Assembly: GCA_051362555.1 (NCBI GenBank)
Contig: CM120647.1
Span: forward strand, 11,074,651-11,138,650
From: Lingula anatina
Lineage: Eukaryota; Animalia; Brachiopoda
DNA length: 64,000 bases
Direction: 5' to 3'
The first letter of the stretch is position 1. Every line of letters begins with the position of its first letter. This document shows, piece after piece, positions 1 through 55,906 of this stretch. Both the position numbers and the translations under genes were made by a program. The notes under the pieces are model-generated. The model did no database searches. It was not told where the DNA came from and saw only the letters and a program-made list of their open reading frames with translations.

Positions 1-756
1 TGTCACGGTCGGTGAATCTGATTACAATCTGACGGCTGAGGAAATGGAGGCGGCGTTTTTGGAGACCATGTCGAATATCACGGATGATCCAGAACTGAAA
101 GAGGCTCTGGGAGCGTCTGCGTTTGCTAAGAACATAGTTCTGGAGGAGGCAAAACAAGCAGCGAAGATGGCGTTAGTGGAAATGTGGATCAGTGTCGCAG
201 AAAATATCACGTCAACCACATATCCGCCGGATCTTTGTGCCAACTTTAGAGACTGTGTGTTGTACGACCTTGGACGTTTGTATGAGCTCTATAATACCAG
301 TCTACAGTTACCAGGTGTCGAAAGCATCAAAGGCTATATTCCCGCTCTGGAGAATTCGATTCTGGCACTTGTGAACAGCGTGGAAGGCATCGACGTCAAT
401 GAGGCTTATCGACAAAGCCGAGAGATCGTGGATCTTCTTGATAACATCAAGTACCATGATGTTTTCTGTAAAACCGCACCGCAAGTCATCGCGGGACCCA
501 GAAACACCACTGTTACGACTGGAGATTCAGTGCAGTTCACATGTCAGGCAACTGGTGATCCCGCACCAGACTACTCCTGGTTTAAGGATGGAGATCCACT
601 GGGAATAACCTCACAGACCTTGCGCTTGGAATCGGTAACAGATTCGGATGCGGGATCATACTCTTGTCGAGCTGAAAATTACATAGCTGGCGATGAGTCA
701 GAATCTGGATACTTAACCGTTACTAATGATGGTAAGGAGACTATCTGTCTCTCTCT

Positions 757-800
<44 letters not shown>

Positions 801-1142
801 TTGATCTTTTGTATTTCGAATAGTGGTGTGCATAGGCATACGCCAACTACCGAGACGAATGCTGATATTATAATAATACAAGTAAAAATGTCCACCCACA
901 CAAACAAACCATGAATTTATTATTCATTTCCTTGTTTTCCAGTAATTTCATGTCCGACCACTTTCTCCTTGATGGCCCACCCCTTCGACTGTGGGAAGTT
1001 CGTGGTGTGCGTGTGGTCAACACCCGTGGTCATGAACTGCCCCAGTGGCCACGACGGTCCTCTGGTGTGGGATCAGAGTATACAGAACTGCAACTACGCC
1101 CGTAACGTGCCGCGGTGTCAGAATGACCAGCCCGGCGAGTAA
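1..1142 (+). CDS. Paralog A (3' partial): end of the large exon (helical region + Ig domain, <1-731) and terminal chitin-binding CBM14 exon (943-1142)
   Basis: ORF 44-823 has Ig motifs (FTCQATGDPAPDYSWFKDG...DAGSYSCRAEN). GT donor at 732 and AG acceptor at 941-942. The phase-1 exon reads VISCPTTFSLMAHPFDCGKFVVCVWSTPVVMNCPSGHDGPLVWDQSIQNCNYARNVPRCQNDQPGE* with TAA at 1140-1142. Collinear with 51362-52487. Confidence 0.9.
748..796. repeat. (CT)n microsatellite in last intron of paralog A
   Basis: Direct reading. A shorter homolog sits at about 52121-52136. Confidence 0.95.
943..1142 (+). CDS. Terminal exon of paralog A: chitin-binding type-2 (peritrophin-A/CBM14) domain
   Basis: Six-Cys pattern C..HP.DC.KF..C......CP.G...WD.....C.....V..C typical of CBM14. 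It lies in a frame missed by the ORF track. Confidence 0.85.
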
Positions 1143-2600
1143 ACCACGCCTGGATCACGTGATACCTTCATTAGAAGTCAGGAAACAACGTTGAAGCTGG
1201 CTTACAAACGTGTTTGCTGTGAAGATTTTTGATGCACTATTACGCGTATAACAGTGTGTGTCATACTTACAGTTATTCACATTATGCTTAATTGCTAGAC
1301 GTTTGAAGCAACGATAAGAATTTTCGTTAAGAAATTTGCATTTTCGTGCGGGTTAAGACTGGATTTTTTTACTTATAGGATGTTCATTTATATTAAGAAG
1401 TAAGTGCCAGAAGTTATCAATAGCTTATGTTTGTTATTATGTTTATTAAGTAATCACTATGTGCACCATGCTTTGAGGCAAACCAAATTATTACAAAAAT
1501 TGAGAATTAATTGAACCATTTGTTAAAGTATAAATACATTATACCTTAACTTACATCAAGTACAGCAGCAAGCGTTTTTGAGCAACCAAATTCGGATCGT
1601 TACAGTATTTAACGGTGTAGAGACAACCTGTTTTCAGTTTTTCGACTTTTATGAAACAGTCCCTTTCGAGCAGTTTGCCTCATTTAATATTGATCAAGAT
1701 TTTGAACGTTTTGGGTGGCATGTTTGCTTGCAAAACAAAGGTGTTTCCTGTCTCTTGCCTCCCACGTCCCTGCTTATATATCTTCGCCTTAAGTTTTGCT
1801 TTAGACGCCTCATTTATCATTTTACTTGCGTTGTTCTGCTGATATTGTCAATATTTCTTAAATTTCAAGCTTATGTTTTAGGGGTTTTGAAAATTCTTAA
1901 CAGTTAGACATGTTGATAACAGTTTAATCTATGATTACGCTTCAACCTTGCGTAAAGGTCAAAGACAACATTATGTTCGCTTGTAGTTTGTCGTGGCACA
2001 CTGTAAATTTGATCTCACGCCATACAAAAGTACAAAAAACTTTTCCTTTTGTTTAATCTATGATAACGCTGGGCAATTGACAATTATCATCTTTCACATG
2101 AGGAAAATTGCATTGTGGTAAATTGAGAACTTGTAATGTCAAGACACATGAAGCGGAACTACACGTACGAACCATACCATGGTTTATGTGCTGTTTGTCC
2201 CACTGTAACTATAACCATAAGCGAGATCGACACTTTGGCTTTTTATACGTTTGCCAGTAGAGCAGAAGAGAAAGCAGAAGAGAAAGCGAAGTTTACGGGT
2301 AAAACTTTTGGCCAAGAGCAGAGTTTGCGTGCAAGATTTTGAAGGTGGAAAGAAAACTGTGTGACCAGTAATAATTGCAGACCAAAGGTATTTAAATAAA
2401 ACTCAGAAAAGATTAATTTATCGGGGGAACTTTGGCAAGACAACCGTTGCATGTCAAAGAAAAATATGTTTAAAAATGACGTCACATTCAGACCCTAACG
2501 AACCGCTAAAAATTGTGAATAAAAAAGGACTTATGTATAAAAAGGAGGATAAAGTACACGATGTTCAAGAAAAGTTTTCAGAGAAATTAATGAATGTACA
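1143..2600 (+). repeat. Duplicated 3' UTR/downstream flank (paralogous to about 52488-53840)
   Basis: Collinear blocks shared with the region after copy C, for example accacgcctgga, taagttttgctttagac and cagaccctaacgaac. Confidence 0.85.
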
Positions 2601-4799
2601 TTTCAGTTTTAAAGCTTTTTTTGGCTGAACGAGATATGAATTTGGTCCAAGACTTGGCATGTCGACTCCCTTGTAGTTGCATAAGAAACTAATAAAATTT
2701 ACTGGAAATCCACGCTTAAAATGAAACTTTTATTCACTTATTAGTTGCTGCTTAATTACGCGTACCAGGTGCTCAGTAACACGTTCAATGAATGACGTAG
2801 AGCGACGAATGTCGTAATTTATGTTTCGTGCTCCATAACCGTCAATATTGTGGTGCCCTGTTATGTATAGAACAGATTGCTAGAACGGAAGCAGAATTCT
2901 GAAAATTGCCCTCAGTCGCTCTAAAGAAAATGAAAAAAAGGGAGAAAATGACACACTATTTCATTCCAACCTTTTTCCTATTATTATGTTCTTTGTTGCC
3001 TGTATCCCCTGGCCTACCTAAAATATGTATTTGCAGGTATTGTAGACGTTCATTGTTTGTTGTTTTTATTATATCGTAAATGTCGTGAATGACGCCATGC
3101 AATATCTATTTTAAACTTCGCACATACTTATACTGTTCGCGTGAACACTAAAATGTTATTTGTACATGCATTAAATACAACTGTATACGGGGCGGTTAGG
3201 GTCGTACCATTTAAAATTCGACTAACAAATTTAGACCAAACATATGAACAAATGGTCGCACACACACACACACGTGTTCACAATCTCACAAACATGTACA
3301 AGCACCCAAACAGAAAAAAGCAGGGTTGTGGTGAACCTTGTACATTGTAAGTTGAAGAATTCTCGAAGAAATGACATGCAGTCACCACGTAGTGTAAAGA
3401 GCTCTAAGCTACGATGAGAAGATGAGATAGCATGCTAAATCCTATACCAGGAGAGCAAATTTAAACATACGAAAAGAACCAGGACTAGCTGATGCTGAAC
3501 TGATCGTCTGCGAATGTTGTTAAGGTGAATAACGTGAGCGGTGGATGAAAATTTAAGAATATAAGTGAGCAAATTTGAGAGACGAGAAGCGATAAATTGA
3601 GGTGATTAAACACTCAAGTACCCCTGCCACTTAACGTTGTAATTAATGGCCTTCCTGTTTTGGATTTGTATTGCTGTTAACATAATGACTCCTAGGTACA
3701 GTACAGTGTGTGTTTATCCATCTCTTTAAATCCATTCAATGTTTGCTTTGTCATTGATCTAGAATAGGAACGGAAGACGCCAACTGTTCAGACAGCTTTC
3801 GAATAGGATTGTCAAATAAACCCTGCAGTCCTGTCTCTTCAATGTACCCTATGTACCCTATAAATTAGAAAGGGTTTTCATGTTATTATATAATCGATTA
3901 CTACATGTACTTTGTCCAATATGGTTGGTAACTATACAGGACTGGGGTAAGTGTGTTGGAGGGTGTGGTTAAGGCCTCCCTTGGGGCTTAGGCATTACCT
4001 CCGCAAATGACAGAGGTTATGTTTTCATTGGTGTCTGCTTGTTTGTGGACATGGTGCTTCAATAAGTTATTTCTCAAAGGCCGGGAGCCCAATGGACAGT
4101 GCAGAAGCTCCTCTTTTCTTATTCAAGGTCATTATTGTTTATTTGTGTTAAGAGAGTCCACCCCCTGCCCGCCTATGTACCGGTTAACAGTTTTAAAAGT
4201 GAGTGCTCTTTGCCTCCCCCTCCCTCCTCAAAATATTTTTGTGTGTTTTTTTTATGTTGCACGACTCGATGTAAGGCGTAAACCCTATAGATTCAATATT
4301 TAATACTCTTTCAACAATTTGTATCAAATGGATTTTTCTTCGTTACTTCCTCATTCTTAGCTTACCGAAAAGGTGACTTGTTTTGGATAATAATGGGTGT
4401 ACGTGCGTCGTTTAATTGCCAAACTTTCTTAATTTTGTTCATAAATCTTTACCATCAAATGCCACTGACACAAGCCTTGGCACTAAAATCGGGTACGACA
4501 CGTCGCACCTTGTTATGAATAATAATTTTCACGTAGGAGTATCTCAAAATCACTAGTGGTTTTACTGGAGATTGTAAACCGCAACCGTTAACAACAATTA
4601 TTGTTCTGCTTTATTTTTACTCAGCGAACAAGATACGTCCCTACGATCGATGACTAGTTCAACATTTTAAAATCCGGAATCAATACAAAAAAAAAAAAAA
4701 TCCATCTCCTTACTGGGCCACAAAAATTGCAAAATACTTAAAGTATAAATATCTGCCAAGGTAACAAACACTAAGTATGCATGTTACGAGCCCTGTTTC

Positions 4800-4940
4800 T
4801 GAGACTAATATGTTCCGCATCATGGATAACGAACTGATTCTCGGTGTATATTATTCGCTGTATTATTATTTCAACACGTATAATTCACCAGTCCAGCAGA
4901 GGCAGCAGACGTGAGTTGTTCTCCGTGAAGAAGATCCAAG
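4800..4940 (+). promoter_or_regulatory. Conserved proximal promoter/5' UTR of paralog B
   Basis: The block aatatgttccgcatcatggataacgaa...gtgtatatt (TATA-like, about 95 nt before the ATG) is conserved in front of all three first exons (also about 27485 and 55780). Confidence 0.55.
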
Positions 4941-24141
<19,201 letters not shown>

Positions 24142-24279
24142 TGACATTGGATCATCGTTGAAAACAGGATGGGACGTTGAATCGCTGTTGATCTATCTTA
24201 ATTCATTGTCAAATCGCCGTCATAATGTGACATTGACTCACCGTTGTTTGTTCGTCGTGATGCAAGACATGGACCGTAC

Positions 24280-24575
24280 TATAAAATATTAATTATTGAA
24301 AACGTTATACTATGTTTATCAATACGGTAACAAACTTTATCAAAATTTTAAAAAACTGTGCTTTAAAGTAAAAGTGACAGTTGTTTTGAGTCTTTAGTGA
24401 ACCAGTAAATATTCTTACCTAGTTATTCAGAAATGCATTCCAATAAATTTCCGTGCAAGGTCAGCTAACACTAGTATGAATAAGTCGCTGTAAATATAAT
24501 GGAGTGAAGTTAACAATGTTGACAGTTCACGGTACCCTGTTGTAGATAAACAGGTTGAAGTGACCGTCTCTCTCT

Positions 24576-24626
<51 letters not shown>

Positions 24627-24785
24627 CTTAACCTTAGAAATCCTGACTTAAAGGCCATGCATATAGATCCTACATATGTTTAGCCATCAAACGCATCCTA
24701 CTGCTAAACACATCCAGGCCAAAAGGGTGTAACATGCTTAGGTGCAAAGCATGCTTTGGAGCTAAATGCGTTGAAAACATGTGTC
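24280..24785 (+). repeat. Diverged duplicate of intron-1 segment 5395-5870, with an (AT)n microsatellite at 24578-24623
   Basis: Shared blocks tttaaagtaaaagtga, gcaaggtcagc, atgaataagtc, atgttgac.gttcac and ggagctaaa.gcgt.gaaaa. Confidence 0.75.
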
Positions 24786-25167
24786 ACCACGAAACGGTAG
24801 TTATAGCTATTATTCTGATATCTGAGCTTGTCTTTAGACCACGTGACCCCCACTGATGGCTATATTCTGTTAAAATCTCTAAACCAAACCTTTTAGAAAA
24901 AAACAGGGACTAACTTTGAAAGTAAAAATGGATTCATTAACCATTGGTAAGTATAGGAAAATTGTTGTTTACTCCAGGAAAATCCATATATGATGAGTTA
25001 TCCCTTTAAGGGACTGACATTGAGATCAGTTTAAATACGAGCATCTCGTAGCCTACTCTACTGAGTTATTTCCGTTTGTTCTTTATATTAGCATTGAAAT
25101 TAATCATATGTTCAGGACCGACAAGATAAGCTAGAGATGTGTTACTGGCAAGCTTAAGATGACTTAC

Positions 25168-25282
25168 TGAGAGTGGGTTACGGGGAAATCCTAGGTAAAT
25201 ATCAGTTTCAGCGGAGACGTCCAAGATGATGAATTTTGTGGTGACGCTTCCTCCAAGCCAAATGTGCGCTTTTGGGAAAACT
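25168..25282 (-). pseudogene. Inverted orphan copy of exon 15, with flanking intron about 25020-25490
   Basis: Reads VFPKAHIWLGGSVTTKFIILDVSAETDIYLGFPRNPLS with AG/GT sites intact. Reverse complement of about 44450-44910. Confidence 0.9.
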
Positions 25283-25984
25283 CTGAAATGAATATATATT
25301 TTCAATAAAAATCATTATGAAAACATCCGTATTTTGTTTTAATACATTAAGTTTTCTGTATCAACTTGTATGTATGTGTACTTAGAGTAACATTAGCCAA
25401 TCCCTAAAGTGCAAAGAGAAAATAACTTACGCGTACAAATATTTTTACATAAGATATAAAATTCAGTAACAAATGTAGAAAATATTTTTTCTTTTATATT
25501 AAATGATAACTGTTCAATTAAATAGAATGAACAATAAGCATGATCAATTCCTTACGGGTACTGGAAGAATTCATCTCCATTCCAGAACTTAGTGTGTGTC
25601 ATTCCGCAGTAAAATGTTCTATGCACCATTTTGATTACATTCCATTCCTTTTTTCATCGGAGATACATAAAATGTCTTTCACAGATATTCCATTGCCTTG
25701 TGATCGTTTGCACTATACGCGTGACTTATGTGGCTACCAATCATAAATGCGTGTACACAATGCATCAAAGCTAATTAAGCTGTGAAAATCGTTTTTGTTC
25801 TTTAAACTATAAATACATGTACGCGTGACTTAGGCTACAATGACTACCACTCATAAATGTGTGACAGCTAGCTTTATACATGTACAGTGCGTCAGTGCTA
25901 AGCTGTGCAATTTTTTTTGAAACGGACGGAATCCATTGATTATTAAATAAAAACATGCATAGAGTGTCATTGAAAATACACTAA

Positions 25985-26739
25985 GACCGCATTCACAACG
26001 ATTTGAGCCAGGCTTTACAAATCCTGAGACTAAATATGGCGAACGTACACGAAAGGAAAACCGCCTAATATTTTAATAGTCTCTCCGCCTCTCACTCGCC
26101 TCCCCACACGTCGTCCCTGCGGGGTACAGTCATTAAATCTCGGCTCCGTTCGCCATGTGGAAGCTACCTGAGAAAAATGAATGAATTGGCCCGTAGAGCA
26201 GCTATGAATCGGGATCAAAATCGTGAAAACACCCCCCTTCCAGTTCGATCAGGCGTAGGGAACAGAGGCAAACATCAGCATCAGAACGAACTGGGCCCTC
26301 TGACGAGATTGCATATGCAAAAATTCTGCCCTCCTCCTCCTTCTACTGGGGCTGGGTATCTCCGTTAATATCTCTGTTGACATTATCTCCGTAGATAGCC
26401 GATTCATTGCTGCCCTACGGGCCAATTCATTTCTTTTTCGTCTCTGTTTTGAGAGATAATAGAACAGAAGAGCTTTTTTCCTTCGATCGCCTCCTGCCGC
26501 CATGCTTTCTTCACCTCGAGTTTAATTGATGAGCATGCGCACTTAATATTTCTCAGGTAGCTTCCGCATGGCGAACGGAGCCGAGATTTAATGACTGTAC
26601 CCCGCAGGGACGACGTGTGGGGAGGCGTGTGAGAGTCGGAGAGACTATTGATAAAAGAGGCGGTTTTCCTTTCATGTACGTCCGCCATATTTAGTCTCAG
26701 GATTTGTAAAGCCTTGCTCAAATCGTTGTGAATTCGGTC
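25985..26739 (-). mobile_element. PIF/Harbinger-type MITE with TIRs of about 190 bp
   Basis: Termini gaccgcattcacaacgatttgagc...gctcaaatcgttgtgaattcggtc with TAA/TTA flanks. Near-identical inverted copy at 33029-33787. Confidence 0.85.
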
Positions 26740-26921
26740 TTATTTAATTTTGTTTTACAGTTTAAATAGCCTATATTCAAATAAAATAAGTAACCTATAT
26801 TCAAATGGAATCAACCCAAAACGAATGTATTTCATGGTTCTCAGGGTATAAAATGGCGAGCTTTTCGCGATGTCCCACACTGTCACCATGGATTTTCAAT
26901 CAATACGGCTTTATTTACAAC

Positions 26922-27043
26922 AGGGCATGGACATCTGACTCCCCCTAAAATGTAACTCTTTCATCATGGAAATCAGACCCCCCCCCTCACAAAATTTCAT
27001 AAATCTTATTTTCTTTCAGTATATGAATTTTATATTGTAGTAC
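26922..27043. mobile_element. Short fragment of the Ginger1-like family
   Basis: atctgactccccc...cataaatcttatttt...tattgtagta matches 19620-19741. Confidence 0.55.
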
Positions 27044-27484
27044 TGGTTTGGGTAAAATTAAACAATGCCTTTTGGTAATTCTCTTAGTTAAACTACTTGA
27101 AACTATGCTGGCATTTGGTTGCCTTTTGTGACAAAAATTGAAATCACATGCATCTTTAAGAAATAAGGAGTGTTGTTTTCATCCCTTATCTCGCTCATTA
27201 CACAAAAATTTGATCTTTACATAGTAAGCTGAGTGCAAATAAACAAAATACAAGAAGTGTAAGGTCGATTTACGCTTTTGTCAATACAAAATGAATCAAA
27301 TTTCAGGAAAACTTATTTAAGATAAGTGGCGCGTTAAGGGCTCAAGTTTATCGTTTACTGCTGTTAAGAGAAATCACATTTCTTGGAAAAAAAAACATCC
27401 CCTTACTGGGGCACACAAATGATGAAATATTTTCCATAGAAAGATCTGTCATGGTAACAAAGGCTAACCTCGTTCCGGGCCCTG

Positions 27485-27627
27485 TGTTTGAGACCAATAT
27501 GTTCCACATCATGGATAACGAACTGATTCTCGGTGTATATTGTTCACTGTATTATGATTTCAATGCATAATTCACCTGTCCTGCGGAGGCGACAGGCTTG
27601 AGTTGTTGTCCGTAAAGAAGATCGACG
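27485..27627 (+). promoter_or_regulatory. Conserved proximal promoter/5' UTR of paralog C
   Basis: Homologous to 4800-4940, with a TATA-like gtatatt at about 27535. Confidence 0.55.
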
Positions 27628-52487
<24,860 letters not shown>

Positions 52488-54254
52488 ACCACGCCTGGAC
52501 CACGTGAACAGCATGTTGTTATCACGTAATACCTTATTTAGAAGTCAGGAAGTAACGCTGAAGTTGTAAATGTATGTTTGCTGTGAACGTTTTTGTTGCA
52601 CGTGAAGGCGTATAACAGCGTGTGTCGCATTTGCAGTCATTCACATGATGTTTAATTGCTTGTCATTCGAATAAACGCTAGGAAGACTGAAACTTTGCTT
52701 TTATGAGTTGTTATTTTACTTCTAAGACATTATTTCATATTAAGAAGTAAGTGCAACACGATATCAGTAGTTTTATTTTGTTATTAAGTTTATCGAGTAA
52801 TCACTATGTTTGCCATGCTTGGAGGAAAAACAAATTATTACACACATTGATAATTAATTGGACTATTTGTTAAAGGATACATATCAAGTACAGCAGAAAG
52901 CATTTTTGAGCAACACACAAATAATACACAAATTAGGAGCGCCATAGTTGCATCTTTTAACGACTTTTTTTTTCGACTTTTGTGAAACAGTCCTATTCGA
53001 GAACTTTGCCTCATTTACTATGGATAAAGATTTTGAACGCTTTCGATGACATGTTTGCTCGCAAGGCAAATGTGTATCCTGTCTCATGCATCCCACGTTC
53101 CTGCTTATATATTAACGCCCTAAGTTTTGCTTTAGACACCTATTTTATCATCATACTGGCGTCGTTCTGCTGATATTGTCAAATATTGTTAAATTTCAAT
53201 TTCTTGTTTTGTCTCTTTTAAAAATTACAAACAGTTAGACATTATGATCTTTCACTTAAGAAAAATTGCACTGTGGAAAACTGAGTCCTTGCAATGTCGA
53301 CACTTATGAAGCCGTACTAAGAACCATACCTGAATGTGTGTGCTTTGTGTCCCACTGCAATAATAATCATAAGCGAGATCGACATTTGCGATTGTTATAA
53401 GTTCGCAACGGACCCGTCAAAATGAAAAAAAATTGTAGAGCCAATAAAACTTTTCTTACTGATATTTACCTCTTGTTATGTTCCTGTCTTTGTAATTTGA
53501 ACCCTGTTAGAAATCGGAATTTAGAAAGTTTTTTCAAAAACAGGGCTCCTCGTTTGCGAGTAAGAGTTCGGAGGCTGGAAGAAAACCTAGAAAACAGTAT
53601 ACCAACGCTATTTAAAAGGTTTATTACTCGGGTAAAGTTTGGTAAGATAACTGTTGCATGTCAGTGGTAATAAAAATGACGTCGGAAGTGACGATGACCA
53701 TTCCTACCCTGCATTCAGACCCTAACGAACTGTTAAAATCTGTGAAAAAAAAAAGAACTGAGATTTTATAGAAAAGGAACAATAAAGTACACGATGTTCA
53801 AGAAGAGTTTTCAGAGATATTAAAGAATGTACAGTTTTTAAAGTAATATCGGGATAATATGCAACAGTCGAAAAGAACGCAGCGGAAAACGATGTACGGA
53901 AAGAACATAACACGGATCTTAAGATTAAAGCTGAATAAAAGAAACAAACAAAACACATTCAGTATAAAGTGATTGAAAGAGAAACAAAAAAAGCTGTCAA
54001 ATTTTTCACAGGGCTGACATGTACGAAACGTTCAAGGTCTTTCATGTCTTCTTGTATCCAGCTATTACTGATACCAGGTACGTGTAAGTACTAACGTGGT
54101 TCAAATTACAAAGACAGAAACATAACAAGAGAAAAATATCAACAAGAAAAGTGCTTTTGTTTTTTTTTTCAAAAGACTCGTTGTCTCTATTATTTTTCCC
54201 GTTCATAAATTACCCGGGGCACCTCCACAGTCATTATTTGAAAATGCAAGACTA

Positions 54255-54635
54255 CTCGTGGTTCTCTATAACGTCACAGGTGAAGCGGTGCATTATCCCA
54301 GTGTCACACAAGATCAAATTTAATGCCAGAAAAGTTCTGTCGGTGGAATTATAAGCAATGAAACGTTTTATTTGTTTCAAAATTCGCCTCTATTGCTTTT
54401 CCCATTTATTAAGTTCCTTTGTTTCTTCCATGTTGTGACCCTGATTCTCAAGACTGTTAACATATTCATATAGTACCTGGGGCAACCCCATAGTCGACTT
54501 TTGAAGGTGTAAAGACCACTCAAAAGTAAAACCGTCAAGGTGTGAACCAATTTGAATCTCGTGGTTCTCTATGACGTCACATGTGAAGCGGTGCGTTATC
54601 TCAGTGTCACACAAGATCAAATTTAATACCAAAAA
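54255..54635. repeat. Direct repeat pair of about 75 bp (54255-54333 and 54558-54635)
   Basis: ctcgtggttctctat.acgtcaca.gtgaagcggtgc.ttatc.cagtgtcacacaagatcaaatttaat occurs twice. Confidence 0.85.
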
Positions 54636-55774
54636 CAGTTCCGGGCAGGTTTATCAATAAAAGCAACCGACCCTAAATTGATTCTGTAGCTTACACGGTA
54701 TAGCTCCACGTCATACCATCTGTAAACCGCGTTCAGTGGGGAAAATGATATATTCTCGGAGGAATTATTTTCCAATTTCTTTTTCAGAATTTGCATCGTC
54801 GCAATGAAAGCGATACATTTTTTTACATGTTTCATTGTTTAAAATAATTCCTTCCTTAGAGGCTTGATTAAACTGAAGCCCGCCTGTTATGAACCGCTTT
54901 TTAACGCCATAGGTAAAGCCAAGCTGAATTCCAGTATAAAACAAAGTCAAAGTTTAAAAAGACTTTTATCTAGGAACACTCCTTGTCGGCTTCTAATACA
55001 CATTCTCTTGTACATCATGGACTTCAACGTTGAAGTTAAAATCATAGTCGGGGACTGGCCTTCCGCGGGGTGAAGTACGGCAACTGGGCTGTCGATTGCA
55101 ATAGCTAATTGCATGTTTATCCAAACTGGCCTTCTCCGTGACAAGCAAGAAAGATTCCATTCAAACACCGAGCATGGAAGCTTCTGTGGCCCAGGGGGAG
55201 TCCGCTGTCTTGTTTACGCTGTCTATATATACGGGTTGTACACGGGTTCGAGTCCTAGTATATCAAATGAACCCTTCTTGCTAGAAATAAATTCTAAAGA
55301 TTGCGTTTGATTACTATCACCAACCATGGTGAGATCGAATCCCAGATGACGCACGTCAGTTCACGAGAACAAACTGGGCTCGGTATAGTTGAGAAGAAGT
55401 GATCCATTTGACACAAAATGAAAATAAGCATCTAACTCAGAAAGTTCTGGGCTTATCAATAAAAACGACAAGAACAAGAACGTCACAAATGCGTTATTCA
55501 CTAAAAATTCCCCTCCCCCAATTTATTTGATTGTATTTTATCTAACACCAATTATGTTCTTAATGTTTTACTCTGCAAACCAGAACAAAATGCTTCTATA
55601 ATCCGTTACTTTTTAAGCTGTTTTAATTCTGGAGTCAGTACAATTAAGCGCCCGAGATAACTTCTATGTTAAACAAAACATCCCCTTAAAAATAATAAAA
55701 TACTTTTAAGTATCTTAAAAGATAGAAATACATGTCAAGATGAAGGGACTAAATATACACGTTGCGGGTCCTTT

Positions 55775-55906
55775 GTCTGAGACCAATATGTTCCGCATCA
55801 TGGATAACGAAGAGATTGTCAGTGTATATTGTTCACGGTATTATTATTCCAATGCATAATTTACCCGTCCTGCAGAGGCGACAGACGTGTGCGAAGAAGA
55901 TCGAAG
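55775..55906 (+). promoter_or_regulatory. Conserved proximal promoter/5' UTR of paralog D
   Basis: tgagaccaatatgttccgcatcatggataacgaa...gtgtatattgttcac, as in B and C. Confidence 0.55.

Noticed and set aside
732-823. Apparent hydrophobic C-terminal (TM-like) tail of ORF 44-823, and likewise 52093-52184
   Set aside because: Read-through into a (CT)n-containing intron past a conserved GT donor, and the two paralog tails differ. Intron retention cannot be excluded without RNA data.
911-1105. ORF-track peptides 911-1105 and 52277-52471
   Set aside because: Wrong frame. The splice phase gives the six-Cys CBM14 frame instead.
1-1142. Possibility that copies A/C or B/C/D are uncollapsed haplotypes
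   Set aside because: The copies are in tandem, with substantial intron divergence and different transposon content, which fits true paralogs.
1578-1907. Short ORFs conserved with 52982-53173
   Set aside because: The similarity comes from the duplicated 3' flank. There are no convincing splice or domain signals, and indels occur nearby.
26249-26503. 84-aa ORF and related ORFs at 33385-33742 as host genes
   Set aside because: They lie inside the Harbinger MITE copies and are not conserved intact between the two copies.
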